Notes under the pieces: generated by a model
The model's input: only the letters and a program-made list of their open reading frames with translations
Told to the model about the DNA's origin: nothing
Database searches by the model: none
In this document: piece after piece, positions 8,671-18,659 of the stretch
Layout: every line of letters begins with the position of its first letter
How positions within the stretch are numbered: position 1 is the first letter of the stretch
NCBI GenBank assembly: GCA_964515615.1
Contig: CAZEVI010000002.1
Location: 1-46,301 of the forward strand
Origin: an uncultured Candidatus Saccharibacteria bacterium
GTDB taxonomy: Bacteria > Patescibacteriota > UBA1384 > XYA2-FULL-43-10 > CAINNR01
Direction: 5' to 3'
Length of the DNA: 46,301 bases
Position numbers and translations under genes: made by a program

Positions 8671-11600
8671 ATGGCAGTAAAAACCGAGCTGAGAAATGAA
8701 CGACTTTCAGCGAAAAAAGACCCTGTTGCCGCACCGCTTCCAAACCTAATTGAGGTGCAGACAAAATCATACGACTGGTTTTTCTCCGAGGGATTGCGGG
8801 AATTATTTGATGAAATTTCGCCAATCGACGATTTCACCGGCGAAGTGATGTCGCTATCGTTCGGCGATTACCAACTTGGCGAACCGAAAGTTAGTGAGGC
8901 AGTGGCCAGAGATAAAAATTTGACCTACAAGTCTCCGTTAAAAGTTCGGATCTCTCTTTTGAATAAAAAAACCGATGAAATTAAAGAAGCCGATGTTTTT
9001 ATTGGTGATTTTCCAATTATGACCCACAGGGGAACATTCATTATCAATGGCGTCGAACGGGTTATTGTTTCGCAAATTGTTCGCTCCTATGGCGTTCTTT
9101 TTACTGCCAACGAAGTCTCGGGCAGAAAACTTTTTGGCGCCAAAATTATTCCGTCTCGCGGTGCTTGGCTGGAGATTGAAACTGATCTTAAAAATGTGAT
9201 CTCAGTCAAAATTGATCGTAAACGACGAATTCCGGTAACTACTTTTTTACGGGCTTTGGGTATTAGCAGCGACGAGGAAATTAAAGCACTTTTCGCCGAT
9301 GTTGACACTGATGATGAAAATCACTACATTGAGGCAACAATCAAAAAAGATTCGGCCAAAAATTATGAAGAAGGACTGGTTGAAACATATAAAAAAATTC
9401 GGCCGGGTGATTTGGCAACAGTTGAAAGTGCCAAGTCTTTTATTGAAGCAATGTTTTTTAATCTTAAACGCTATGACATTGGTCGTGTTGGCCGATACAA
9501 AATTAATGCCCGTCTGAAAGTTGATACTGAAAATATTCCGGAAAATCGCGTTCTTCTAAAAGAAGATTTCATAAATATTATTCGCGAGGTTATTGAGTTA
9601 AACAATAACCCATTGGCCGAGCCGGACGATACTGACAGTTTGAAAAACCGCCGAATTAGAGCGGTTGGCGAACTAATTCAAGGTCGTGTTCGAGTTGGGC
9701 TTTTGAGAATTGAAAGAATTGTTAAAGATCGAATGAGTATATACGAGCCCGAAGATGCAACCCCGGCGCAATTAATTAATTCACGCCCAATTGTTGCCGC
9801 ACTTCAGGAATTTTTTGCATCCTCGCAAATGTCGCAATTTATGAATCAAACCAATCCGCTTTCTGAGCTCGAACACAAACGAACTCTTTCAGCTACCGGC
9901 CCCGGGGGACTTTCGCGTGAACGTGCCGGTTTTGAAGTTCGCGATGTTCATACTACCCACTATGGCCGTATCTGCCCGATTGAAACACCAGAAGGACCCA
10001 ACATTGGTTTGGTCGGCTATTTAGCATCATATGCGAAAATTAATGATTATGGTTTTATTGAGACTCCGTATCGAAAAGTTATCAGTGAAAATGGAAAACC
10101 AAAAGTTACCAACGACGTCGTCTATTTAGACGCATCAAAAGAAGAAAACACCACTATCGCTCCGGCCTCGGTTGAGGTTGATGAAAACGATTATATTAAA
10201 GATAAGAAAGTTATTGTTCGACATGGCGGAGAGCCGACAATCGCTGATGCTTCAACTGTTGAATATATGGACGTTTCTCCAAAACAGATTATTTCTGTTA
10301 CCGCCGCACTAATTCCATTTATTGAGCATGATGATGCTGCTCGTGCGTTGATGGGTGCCAATATGCAACGTCAGGCTGTCCCGTTGATTGCACCGCAATC
10401 AGCAATTGTCGGTACCGGTATGGAAAGTGCCGCCGCCAGGGATTCCGGCCAAATCATTTTAGCTCAAGTTGCCGGAAAAGTTACTCATGTGTCGTCAAAT
10501 CTGATTCGCGTAGAAGAATCAGACAAAAAAGTCCGTGATTATGTACTTTCCAAATTTGTTCGTTCAAATCAGGGAACGGTAATTAACCACGCTCCTCGAG
10601 TTGATGTTGGTGATTCCGTTCATCAAGGAGATCTTTTGGCTGATGGCTCAGCAACTCAAGACGGTGAAATTGCTCTTGGTAGAAATTTGAAAGTTGCTTT
10701 TATGTCTTGGGGCGGCGGAAACTACGAAGATGCTATCATCATCTCGTCAAAACTGGTCAAAGAGCATGTTCTTTCGTCAATTCATATTGAAAAATATATT
10801 TTGGAAGTCCGCGATACTAAACTCGGACCTGAAATTTTAACCCGCGATATTCCGAACGTTTCCGAAGAAGCGCTATCGAACCTCGATGAAAACGGCATAA
10901 TCCGCGTTGGTGCTGAGATAACCTCCGGCGACATTTTGGTTGGTAAAATTTCCCCCAAAGGAGAAACCGAACTTTCAGCTGAAGAAAAATTACTCCGAGC
11001 AATCTTTGGTGAAAAAGCCAAAGATGTTCGTGATTCAAGTTTGCGACTACCCCACGGAGAACGTGGAAAAATTGTTGAGGTCAAAATTTTCTCTCGTGAA
11101 TCCGGTGATGAGCTTCCGGCCGGTGTTTACCAAATGGTCGAAGTTTCTGTTGCTCAACTACGAAAAATTTCCGTTGGCGATAAGCTTGCCGGCCGGCATG
11201 GTAACAAAGGTGTTATCTCAACAATTTTACCGGAAGAAGATATGCCGTTTTTGCCCGATGGTACTCCAGTTGACATCATTCTGAATCCGCTGGGTGTTCC
11301 TTCTCGAATGAATATTGGCCAGCTGTTTGAAACTCATTTAGGCTGGGCAATGGACGAACAAAGTCGAAAGGTCGCCTCGGCGGCACTTGACGGTGTTAAA
11401 CTTGATGAAATTCGTCAGGAACTGAAAAAATCCGGTTTGCCGGAAGATGGGAAAATTCAGCTCTACGATGGCAAAACCGGCGAACCTTTTGATCACAGAA
11501 CCGTCGTTGGAATCATATATATAATGAAACTTTCCCATTTGGTAGATGATAAAATGCATGCACGGTCAATTGGTCCTTACTCAATGATTACCCAGCAGCC

Positions 11601-12021
11601 CCTTGGTGGTAAAGCTCAGTTTGGCGGTCAAAGATTTGGCGAAATGGAAGTTTGGGCAATTGAAGCTTACGGCGCGGCAAATATTCTACAAGAACTTCTA
11701 ACAATTAAATCCGATGATGTTATCGGCCGTAGTCGAGCCTACGAATCAATTATCAAAGGTGAACCGATTCAAAACCCGACAATTCCCGAGGCATTTAATC
11801 TGTTAATCAAAGAGATGCAAGCGCTGGGAATTAAAGTCGAGTTAGTTGCCGACGAAAATGTTGTTAAAGCTTCCCCTGAATTTGATGAAAAAGTTGTTGC
11901 ACGTTTGCCGGAGGCCGAAAAAGAATTGGATGAAGAAATTGATGAAAAGTTAACCGAATTGGTAGCCGAGCAAGTTTCCGAAGACGAAGACATTGTTTCA
12001 GATGAAGTCGATGACGAGTAA
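8671..12021 (+). CDS. rpoB: DNA-directed RNA polymerase subunit beta
   Basis: 1116-aa uninterrupted ORF; [13 protein letters not shown] and other beta-subunit blocks; SD AAAGGAGAG; acidic C-terminal tail. Confidence 0.97.
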   Translation: MAVKTELRNERLSAKKDPVAAPLPNLIEVQTKSYDWFFSEGLRELFDEISPIDDFTGEVMSLSFGDYQLGEPKVSEAVARDKNLTYKSPLKVRISLLNKKTDEIKEADVFIGDFPIMTHRGTFIINGVERVIVSQIVRSYGVLFTANEVSGRKLFGAKIIPSRGAWLEIETDLKNVISVKIDRKRRIPVTTFLRALGISSDEEIKALFADVDTDDENHYIEATIKKDSAKNYEEGLVETYKKIRPGDLATVESAKSFIEAMFFNLKRYDIGRVGRYKINARLKVDTENIPENRVLLKEDFINIIREVIELNNNPLAEPDDTDSLKNRRIRAVGELIQGRVRVGLLRIERIVKDRMSIYEPEDATPAQLINSRPIVAALQEFFASSQMSQFMNQTNPLSELEHKRTLSATGPGGLSRERAGFEVRDVHTTHYGRICPIETPEGPNIGLVGYLASYAKINDYGFIETPYRKVISENGKPKVTNDVVYLDASKEENTTIAPASVEVDENDYIKDKKVIVRHGGEPTIADASTVEYMDVSPKQIISVTAALIPFIEHDDAARALMGANMQRQAVPLIAPQSAIVGTGMESAAARDSGQIILAQVAGKVTHVSSNLIRVEESDKKVRDYVLSKFVRSNQGTVINHAPRVDVGDSVHQGDLLADGSATQDGEIALGRNLKVAFMSWGGGNYEDAIIISSKLVKEHVLSSIHIEKYILEVRDTKLGPEILTRDIPNVSEEALSNLDENGIIRVGAEITSGDILVGKISPKGETELSAEEKLLRAIFGEKAKDVRDSSLRLPHGERGKIVEVKIFSRESGDELPAGVYQMVEVSVAQLRKISVGDKLAGRHGNKGVISTILPEEDMPFLPDGTPVDIILNPLGVPSRMNIGQLFETHLGWAMDEQSRKVASAALDGVKLDEIRQELKKSGLPEDGKIQLYDGKTGEPFDHRTVVGIIYIMKLSHLVDDKMHARSIGPYSMITQQPLGGKAQFGGQRFGEMEVWAIEAYGAANILQELLTIKSDDVIGRSRAYESIIKGEPIQNPTIPEAFNLLIKEMQALGIKVELVADENVVKASPEFDEKVVARLPEAEKELDEEIDEKLTELVAEQVSEDEDIVSDEVDDE

Positions 12022-12080
12022 CAATTATCTAATATCAATCTGGATAATATTGAGCTAAATAATTATTTTAAGGAGTATAT

Positions 12081-15000
12081 ATGCCAAATTTAGAAGTCAA
12101 AGATGCGGTCAACGTTTTGGACTTCAAATCGATGCGGATTTCTGTTGCATCGCCGGAAGATATTCTCTCGTGGTCGCACGGAGAGGTACTAAAACCGGAA
12201 ACAATCAATTACCGAACCCAAAAACCGGAAAGAGACGGCCTTTTTGCGGAAAACATTTTTGGCCCGACTCGAGACTGGGAATGTTATTGTGGTAAATATC
12301 GCAAAGTCCGCTACTCCGGAGTTGTTTGCGATAAATGCGGCGTGGAAGTTACCAAATCATCGGTGCGCCGAATTCGAATGGGACATATTGATCTGGTTGT
12401 CCCGATTGCTCACATTTGGTATGTTCGGAGCGTTCCGTGCATAATGGGACAAATTCTCGATCTTTCATCGTCCGATTTGGAAAAAGTGATCTATTTTGCC
12501 AGTTTTGTAGTTGTTGATGTCAATGAAAATCTTCGACAAGAAACTCTAAATCGGATCGAGGAGGAATTTACCAATCTCAAAGAGGAAAAAATTTCCTCTG
12601 CCGACGCTACCGTTTCTCAAGCATCAAAAGATATCTCCACCGAGGAGATCAATGCCGCTTATAAAACAGCCAAACAGGAATTGGAAACACTGAAAATCGG
12701 TAATATTATTTCTGAGCGTGAATATTATAATTTATCCCACCGTTACAGCAATTTAGTTCGAGTTGGAATTGGCGCCGAAGCGATTTTGGAACTTCTGGAA
12801 AAAATTGATTTGGATGCCGAAATCAAAAAACTCGAAGATGAAGCCACATCAATCGTCGGAATTCAGAAACGAAAAATTATCAAAAGAATTCGAACGCTTC
12901 AAGGATTAAAAGCTGCCAATTTGAAACCTGATTGGCTGGTGCTTCGTCGGTTGCCGGTTATCCCGCCAGACCTTCGTCCAATGGTTCAGCTGGATGGCGG
13001 TCGTTTTGCAGCTTCAGATTTAAATGATTTGTATCGTCGAGTAATTAATAGAAATAATCGCCTGAAAAGACTGATCAATCAGGGTGCACCGGAAGTCATC
13101 TGCCGAAATGAGAAAAGAATGCTTCAGGAAGCAGTCGATGCTCTAATTGATAATTCTGCTCGTCGCGGCCGTGCAACCACCACTGCCAACAATCGCCGAA
13201 AACTGAAATCACTTTCTGATATGCTTCGTGGCAAACAGGGCCGATTTCGACAAAATCTTTTGGGTAAAAGAGTTGACTATTCCGGTCGTTCGGTTATTGT
13301 AGTTGGTCCGGAGTTAAAACTTCATCAGTGCGGTTTGCCGAAAGTTATGGCGATTGAGCTTTTTAAGCCGTTTGTTATTGGTCGCTTAATTTCTGAAGGG
13401 TATGTTCACAATGTCAAAAATGCGACACGCTTAATTGATAAAAATGAACCATTTGTTTGGGATATTCTTGAAGATATTACCAAAGATTCCTATATTCTCT
13501 TGAACCGTGCGCCGACACTCCACCGTTTAGGAATTCAAGCTTTTCAACCGGTTTTAATTGAAGGCAAAGCAATCAAAATTCACCCATTGGTTTGTCCGGC
13601 TTTCAATGCTGACTTCGATGGTGACCAAATGGCTGTTCATCTTCCGCTGTCAGTCGAAGCTCAACGTGAGGCAAGTGAGATTATGCTTTCTCGCAAAAAT
13701 CTATTAAAGCCTTCATCCGGCGAACCGGTTATTTCACCAACTCTTGATATGATTTTAGGCTGCTATTTTTTGACCACTCTCGGTGATGGTCGAAAAGGCG
13801 AAGGTAAAGTTTTTGCTTCCAAAAACGAATCACTGCTGGCATATGATTCAAAAATTGTTGATTTGAAAGCCAAGATTAAAGTAAAAATTGATGGTCAAAT
13901 TTTGGAAACATCTGTCGGACGAATTATCTTTAATGGTATTATCCCCGAGGAGCTTGGTTTTAGAAATCAAGATTTTGACAAAGTCAGTATTGCAAAACTA
14001 ATTGCTGAGTCTTCCAAAAAAGCCGGTCTAGACCGAACGGCTTCTTTTGTCGACAACATTAAAGAACTTGGATTTGAATATTCACAAATGTCGGGAATCA
14101 CCTTTTCAGCTTTTGATATTCAAGTTCCGCCGCAAAAAGCAGCAATTTTGGCAAATGCTGAAAGCCAATTGGAAGTTATCAACCAACAATATCGCCGCGG
14201 TCTTATCACTGAAGACGAAAGATATGCCAAAACGGTCGAAATCTGGATGAATGCTCAAGGTGAACTTCAAGGCGCAATGTTAGCGAATTTTGATAAAGAT
14301 AACGATATTAATATTATCCGGACTTCTGGTGCTCAGGGAAAAGTTTCACAGTTAAATCAGCTGGCCGGTATGAAAGGACTTGTTGCCGATCCGACAGGAA
14401 ATATTATCGAGCTACCAATAAAATCAAACTTCAAAGAAGGTTTGTCGGTTTTTGAATATTTTGTCTCCTCTCACGGTTCGAGAAAAGGCCGAGCAGATAC
14501 CGCACTTCGAACATCGGAAGCCGGATATTTAACACGGCGACTGGTTGATGTTTCACAGGACACGGTCGTTACTGGAAACGATTGCGGAACTGAAAATGGC
14601 GTGGTGATCGATAAAGATTTTTATGAATCAATTAATGACGACTGGACGAAACATTTAATCAGCCGAGTGTTAAATAAAGAAACAGCCGGATTCCCGAGAA
14701 ACACAATGATTGATATTTCTACTTTGGAAAAAATTGTTGCTTCCGGAATTAAGCAAGTTGAAATTCGCTCTCTTTTAACCTGTGAGCAACATTGGGGTAT
14801 CTGCCAACTTTGTTATGGTGAAGACCTATCAACCGGGAATTTGGTTGAAATTGGCTCGGCGGTTGGAATTGTCGCCGCACAGGCTATTGGCGAGCCGGGT
14901 ACACAGTTGACCATGCGAACTTTCCACACCGGTGGTGCGGCTGGAATTGACATTACCTCCGGTTTGCCGCGAGTCGGTGAACTTTTTGAAGCTCGGACTC

Positions 15001-15833
15001 CGCGGTCGATCGCAATTATGTCGGAGATTGACGGCAAAGTCGGCATTCGAAAAGAGAAGAACAAAAATATTATCTCAGTAGTCGGTCGCGGACACAAAGA
15101 AAGTAGCTATCAAATTCCCGAAGGTTATAAACTGGCTGTTAAAAATGGCGAACTTGTCAAATCGAAACAAATTATCGCCGCTTTGGCAGAGGAAAATGGT
15201 CAGCCAATCCGTTCAAAATCAGCCGGTGCTGTTGCAATCAACAACGATGAAGTGAAAATTGTTACCAAAGGAAAAACCGTTAAAGAGTACGTTGTTTCGG
15301 AGATGGTTGGATTAAAAATTATGGACGGCGACGAAATTAAAAAAGGCCAAGTTTTGACCGAAGGTCATGTCGATTTGCAATCATCTAGAGAACTTGCCGG
15401 CAAAGATTTTACTCAACGCTACATTATGACTGAAGTTCAGAAAATTTATGCTTCACAGGGACAGGACATTAACGATAAGCATTTGGAGGTAATTGTTCGC
15501 AAAATGAGTTCCAAAGCTCGTATTGTTGAGCCCGGCGACAGCGATTATCTCGAGGGTTCAATTTATGACATTAGCGCAATTAAAATTAAGAATAATCAAT
15601 TGACAGCTAGCAGAAAAAAACCGATCGAATATACGGAAGTTATAATGGCGATTACCAGAGTTGCTTTGAAAACTGAAAGTTTTCTCTCGGCTGCCTCATT
15701 CATGGAAACGACATCAATTCTCATTAACGCCGCTATTACCGGAGCGACTGACAATCTGCACGGCTTGAAAGAAAATGTTATTATCGGCCGTTTAATTCCA
15801 GCTGGTACCGGTTATCGCGAAATTGAAAGGTAG
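12081..15833 (+). CDS. rpoC: DNA-directed RNA polymerase subunit beta-prime
   Basis: 1250-aa ORF; catalytic NADFDGDQM; N-terminal Zn cysteines CYCGKY...CDKCG; SD AAGGAG. Confidence 0.97.
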   Translation: MPNLEVKDAVNVLDFKSMRISVASPEDILSWSHGEVLKPETINYRTQKPERDGLFAENIFGPTRDWECYCGKYRKVRYSGVVCDKCGVEVTKSSVRRIRMGHIDLVVPIAHIWYVRSVPCIMGQILDLSSSDLEKVIYFASFVVVDVNENLRQETLNRIEEEFTNLKEEKISSADATVSQASKDISTEEINAAYKTAKQELETLKIGNIISEREYYNLSHRYSNLVRVGIGAEAILELLEKIDLDAEIKKLEDEATSIVGIQKRKIIKRIRTLQGLKAANLKPDWLVLRRLPVIPPDLRPMVQLDGGRFAASDLNDLYRRVINRNNRLKRLINQGAPEVICRNEKRMLQEAVDALIDNSARRGRATTTANNRRKLKSLSDMLRGKQGRFRQNLLGKRVDYSGRSVIVVGPELKLHQCGLPKVMAIELFKPFVIGRLISEGYVHNVKNATRLIDKNEPFVWDILEDITKDSYILLNRAPTLHRLGIQAFQPVLIEGKAIKIHPLVCPAFNADFDGDQMAVHLPLSVEAQREASEIMLSRKNLLKPSSGEPVISPTLDMILGCYFLTTLGDGRKGEGKVFASKNESLLAYDSKIVDLKAKIKVKIDGQILETSVGRIIFNGIIPEELGFRNQDFDKVSIAKLIAESSKKAGLDRTASFVDNIKELGFEYSQMSGITFSAFDIQVPPQKAAILANAESQLEVINQQYRRGLITEDERYAKTVEIWMNAQGELQGAMLANFDKDNDINIIRTSGAQGKVSQLNQLAGMKGLVADPTGNIIELPIKSNFKEGLSVFEYFVSSHGSRKGRADTALRTSEAGYLTRRLVDVSQDTVVTGNDCGTENGVVIDKDFYESINDDWTKHLISRVLNKETAGFPRNTMIDISTLEKIVASGIKQVEIRSLLTCEQHWGICQLCYGEDLSTGNLVEIGSAVGIVAAQAIGEPGTQLTMRTFHTGGAAGIDITSGLPRVGELFEARTPRSIAIMSEIDGKVGIRKEKNKNIISVVGRGHKESSYQIPEGYKLAVKNGELVKSKQIIAALAEENGQPIRSKSAGAVAINNDEVKIVTKGKTVKEYVVSEMVGLKIMDGDEIKKGQVLTEGHVDLQSSRELAGKDFTQRYIMTEVQKIYASQGQDINDKHLEVIVRKMSSKARIVEPGDSDYLEGSIYDISAIKIKNNQLTASRKKPIEYTEVIMAITRVALKTESFLSAASFMETTSILINAAITGATDNLHGLKENVIIGRLIPAGTGYREIER

Positions 15834-15849
15834 GGTCTGCTCTTTACAT

Positions 15850-15878
15850 CTTGATCTTTTTTTGCAATAATGATAAAG
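15850..15878 (+). promoter_or_regulatory. Sigma70-like promoter for rpsL (TTGATC-N17-TAAAGT, TGn extended)
   Basis: TTGATC 15850-15855, TG 15870-15871, TAAAGT 15873-15878. Confidence 0.45.
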
Positions 15879-15933
15879 TCGGAAAACAAACAGTAAATTA
15901 TAGATTATCAATTTAAATAAACTGGAGTTAGTT

Positions 15934-16353
15934 TTGCCAACAATAAATCAATTAGTCAGACACGGCCGGAAAAAACCGGTTAACAAATCAAAAACAACAG
16001 CGCTGAAACGCGGTTTCAATTTTTTGAAAAATCGTCCTGTTGAGATTAAAAAAGGCTGCCCGCAAAAACGGGGAGTTTGTGTTAAAGTTTCGACAATGAC
16101 ACCCAAAAAACCAAATTCAGCCTTGCGAAAATTTGCCCGTGTCAGATTGACTAATGGCATGGAAGTTAACGCCTACATCGGCGGCGAAGGCCACACATTG
16201 CAGGAACACTCGGTGGTAATACTTCGCGGCGGACGAGTGAAAGATTTACCGGGTATGCGTTACCACATTATTCGCGGTAAGCTCGATTTGGCCGGGGTCA
16301 AAGACCGCAAACAAGGTCGCAGCAAATATGGATTGAAGAAAGGCAAAGAGTAG
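15934..16353 (+). CDS. rpsL: 30S ribosomal protein S12
   Basis: [12 protein letters not shown]-terminus, [10 protein letters not shown] motif; TTG start. Confidence 0.97.
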   Translation: MPTINQLVRHGRKKPVNKSKTTALKRGFNFLKNRPVEIKKGCPQKRGVCVKVSTMTPKKPNSALRKFARVRLTNGMEVNAYIGGEGHTLQEHSVVILRGGRVKDLPGMRYHIIRGKLDLAGVKDRKQGRSKYGLKKGKE

Positions 16354-16479
16354 AAAATTACAAATTTCAAATATCTAATTTCAAATAAAACGTCAAACGA
16401 ACCAATTTCAAATGACAAAAAATGATTAGATATTTGATAATTTGGATTAATTTAGAAATTAGGGATTAGAAATTGATTT

Positions 16480-16956
16480 ATGTCCAGAGGTCATCAAAAA
16501 CTTAAAAATCATCAACTTAAACCAGATCGAAAATATGGCAGTGTTTTGGTAACCAAATTTACCAACTACATAATGCAATGCGGCAAAAAAACTGTTGCTG
16601 AAAATATAATTTATTCAGCGCTGAAGAACTCATCAAAGAAACTGGGTGCTGAACCGCTAGATGTTTTAGAACGAATGATTAAAAATGTTGGCCCACTTTT
16701 GGAAGTTAAAGCCAAGCGAATCGGTGGCGCCAACTATCAGATCCCAATGGAGGTGAATCGTGAGCGAAAAGAAACTTTAACTCTTCGTTGGGTGCTTTCT
16801 GCCGCCAAGTCGCGAAAGGGCGCTCCAATGGCCGAAAAACTATCCCTTGAATTAATTGACGCCTGTAATAATACCGGTGCCGCTGTTAAGAAGAAAGAAG
16901 ACACTCACCGGATGGCTGAAGCAAACAAAGCCTTCGCCCACTTTGCTCGATTATAA
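16480..16956 (+). CDS. rpsG: 30S ribosomal protein S7
   Basis: 158 aa; S7 blocks (PDRKYGS, GGANYQIPMEV, AFAHFA). Confidence 0.97.
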   Translation: MSRGHQKLKNHQLKPDRKYGSVLVTKFTNYIMQCGKKTVAENIIYSALKNSSKKLGAEPLDVLERMIKNVGPLLEVKAKRIGGANYQIPMEVNRERKETLTLRWVLSAAKSRKGAPMAEKLSLELIDACNNTGAAVKKKEDTHRMAEANKAFAHFARL

Positions 16957-17021
16957 TCAACTGTCATCAACTTGCTGTGGCTTGAACGACAAAGCCTTCG
17001 CCCACTTTGCTCGATTATAAT
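16925..17021 (+). repeat. 33-bp perfect direct repeat (16925-16957 and 16989-17021) duplicating the rpsG 3' end including its TAA
   Basis: ACAAAGCCTTCGCCCACTTTGCTCGATTATAAT read twice, 31 bp apart. Confidence 0.95.
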
Positions 17022-17053
17022 TTTTTGAAAAAATAATATATTTCAGATTAGTT

Positions 17054-17100
17054 AATTACTGATTTGGCGCGATCGCGCCAAATCAGTAATTTTTTATTTG
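17054..17100 (+). terminator. Strong rho-independent terminator after rpsG: 38-bp perfect palindrome plus T-run
   Basis: AATTACTGATTTGGCGCGA/TCGCGCCAAATCAGTAATT (17054-17091), followed by TTTTATTT. Confidence 0.8.
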
Positions 17101-17271
17101 CCGAAGAATTGTCAGGTGGGGTAAATACAAAAAACATTTGTTTTGAAATGATCGCGCGCAACTTGCAGTTGCCACTTGAAAGTTATTTTCTTCTGGATTC
17201 AATAATTTACAAATCTTTGTCGGCCATTCAGTATTGGGATCAATAATTAAAATTCTTTTTGGAGTTGGCAT
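17083..17271 (-). CDS. Small hypothetical ORF (62 aa) whose stop lies inside the palindromic terminator
   Basis: SD AAGGAG (17281-17286) 9 nt before ATG 17271; own promoter; TGA stop within the palindrome arm. Confidence 0.4.
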   Translation of the reverse strand: MPTPKRILIIDPNTEWPTKICKLLNPEENNFQVATASCARSFQNKCFLYLPHLTILRQIKNY

Positions 17272-17308
17272 TGAAACCATCTCCTTTTCTTATTTTGTAC
17301 TCACAACG

Positions 17309-17337
17309 AATATATCACGAAAAGAAATTGTTTGCAA
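17309..17337 (-). promoter_or_regulatory. Sigma70-like promoter on the minus strand (TTGCAA-N17-TATATT)
   Basis: TTGCAA at 17332-17337; TATATT = plus-strand AATATA 17309-17314. Confidence 0.45.
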
Positions 17338-17395
17338 TAGATATTTATTGCTTGAATGTGAATATTGTTGGTCAGAACTACCACATTGTATGTAA

Positions 17396-17421
17396 TAAAA
17401 AACCCAACTTTGAGGTTGGGT
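17396..17421 (-). terminator. Rho-independent terminator of the interrupted island gene
   Basis: ACCCAAC-TTTGAG-GTTGGGT (17402-17421) with a minus-strand T-run (plus-strand A-run 17397-17401), 8 nt after the TAG at 17430-17432. Confidence 0.7.
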
Positions 17422-17432
17422 GTGTGGCTCTA

Positions 17433-18388
17433 TTTGGTTCGTGGCCAAATATCGGAATCGTCAAATCTGATTGCGCCTTTTGCCCCTGGGTTTATCCCCA
17501 AATCTTCGACAAGTTCGATGAAAGGTCCCCAAGTCATGCCTATTAATTTTGTCGTATAGACTTTGCGACTTTCCCATGGACCCAGCGCAATTGAGTGGAT
17601 GATCTTGCAAGCACCTAGACCAAATCTCCAGCTTTGAAAAAGTCCTGCGGACGCTTTGTTACTTTGGGTCCTATTTTCTCTGGTGGGCTAGATATTTGAT
17701 GAAAATAAGAGAAAAGGTTAGGGTGTAATTGAATTACCATCGTGTTGTTATTAATACTTTCAGAAATTTCCGTAGTCCCGTGCATGGAATTTAAATTTGC
17801 TGCATAAAATAATCTCACATCACGGTTGAAATCAAAACCCTCGGCTTTTTCATGAGAGTAAATTTGACCATCGATATCGTATTTTGAACGTTTCTGATAA
17901 ATATTGGCTTTGTGGCCGTCACCATCTAATTTTCTAGAATCATTTTGATCAGGCACGATGAAGAATCCATTTTCGGGCAAATCTGAAAAAGATACTGGCA
18001 ATGTTGGAAAATTTGGGAGTTCATTTCCAATAATTTCAATCCAATCAATTATGCGTGAGATGTCCATTAGCGAAAACAAATGGATAATAGTATCATCAAT
18101 CCTAATGACAATAGTATCATCTGAAAATTCAATGCTTTGGACTGCTGCATCCCCAGCGGTAAAGGGCGAATAGGCCGAATATTTGTCGCTCTTAACGGTG
18201 TCTCAAAGAGTGTCGATATTATCCAACTGCTCCATTGTTAATGTGCGACCAGCAGGAAGTTTCCGATAAATCTCAGTGCCAGTTTTGGTTCTGTTCGCAT
18301 TAAATTCGTTACCAACTTTGTTATCACTTCGGAAAACAATAAAGTAAGCCCCAAAGGGCAAATCAGCAAATGTCTGCAGTTTTCCCAT
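17433..18388 (-). pseudogene. Two-module hypothetical gene interrupted by an in-frame TGA (18203-18205) and a -1 frameshift (between 17615 and 17687)
   Basis: Track ORFs 18203-18397 and 17615-18079 share one frame, and that frame stays open between them except for one TGA. A third open frame (…GLFQSWRFGLGACKIIHSIALGPWESRKVYTTKLIGMTWGPFIELVEDLGINPGAKGAIRFDDSDIWPRTK*) has no start codon and ends just before the terminator. SD AAGGTG precedes ATG 18388. Confidence 0.6.
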
Positions 18389-18425
18389 CAGGATCACCTT
18401 GCGTTTATGATGTGCTCTAAAAAAG

Positions 18426-18454
18426 AATATACCAGCAAATTTTTACAAAAACAA
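18426..18454 (-). promoter_or_regulatory. Sigma70-like promoter of the island gene (TTGTTT-N17-TATATT, TGn extended)
   Basis: Plus-strand AAACAA 18449-18454 and AATATA 18426-18431; back-to-back with the fusA promoter. Confidence 0.45.
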
Positions 18455-18470
18455 GGAAAATATTTTTTGT

Positions 18471-18500
18471 TTGACATTGAGTGAATATTTATGCTATAAA
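18471..18500 (+). promoter_or_regulatory. Sigma70-like promoter for fusA (TTGACA-N18-TATAAA)
   Basis: TTGACA 18471-18476, TATAAA 18495-18500. Confidence 0.5.
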
Positions 18501-18659
18501 TAGTCAAGAGGGAATTTTTTGTTTTTGACGAGAAGCCAAAAATAAAAGACGAAATCCGGATGTCAAATTCAAAAATTTGTCAATGATTAAATATCAAATG
18601 ACAAAAATTAGACAGTTGGAAATTTTATTAGATATTTAAAATTAGAAATTTTACCTATT

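Noticed and set aside
9087-15097. Multiple 60-115 aa ORFs antisense to or out of frame within rpoB and rpoC (and similarly within infB, fusA, tuf and r-protein genes)
   Set aside because: These are shadow ORFs inside strongly supported conserved genes, with no SDs and biased low-complexity translations.
17083-17271. Response-regulator receiver fragment (KRILIID..., ...LTIL)
   Set aside because: The acidic pocket (DD) and the phospho-acceptor Asp are not present (DPN, LTILR). The resemblance is too weak to call.
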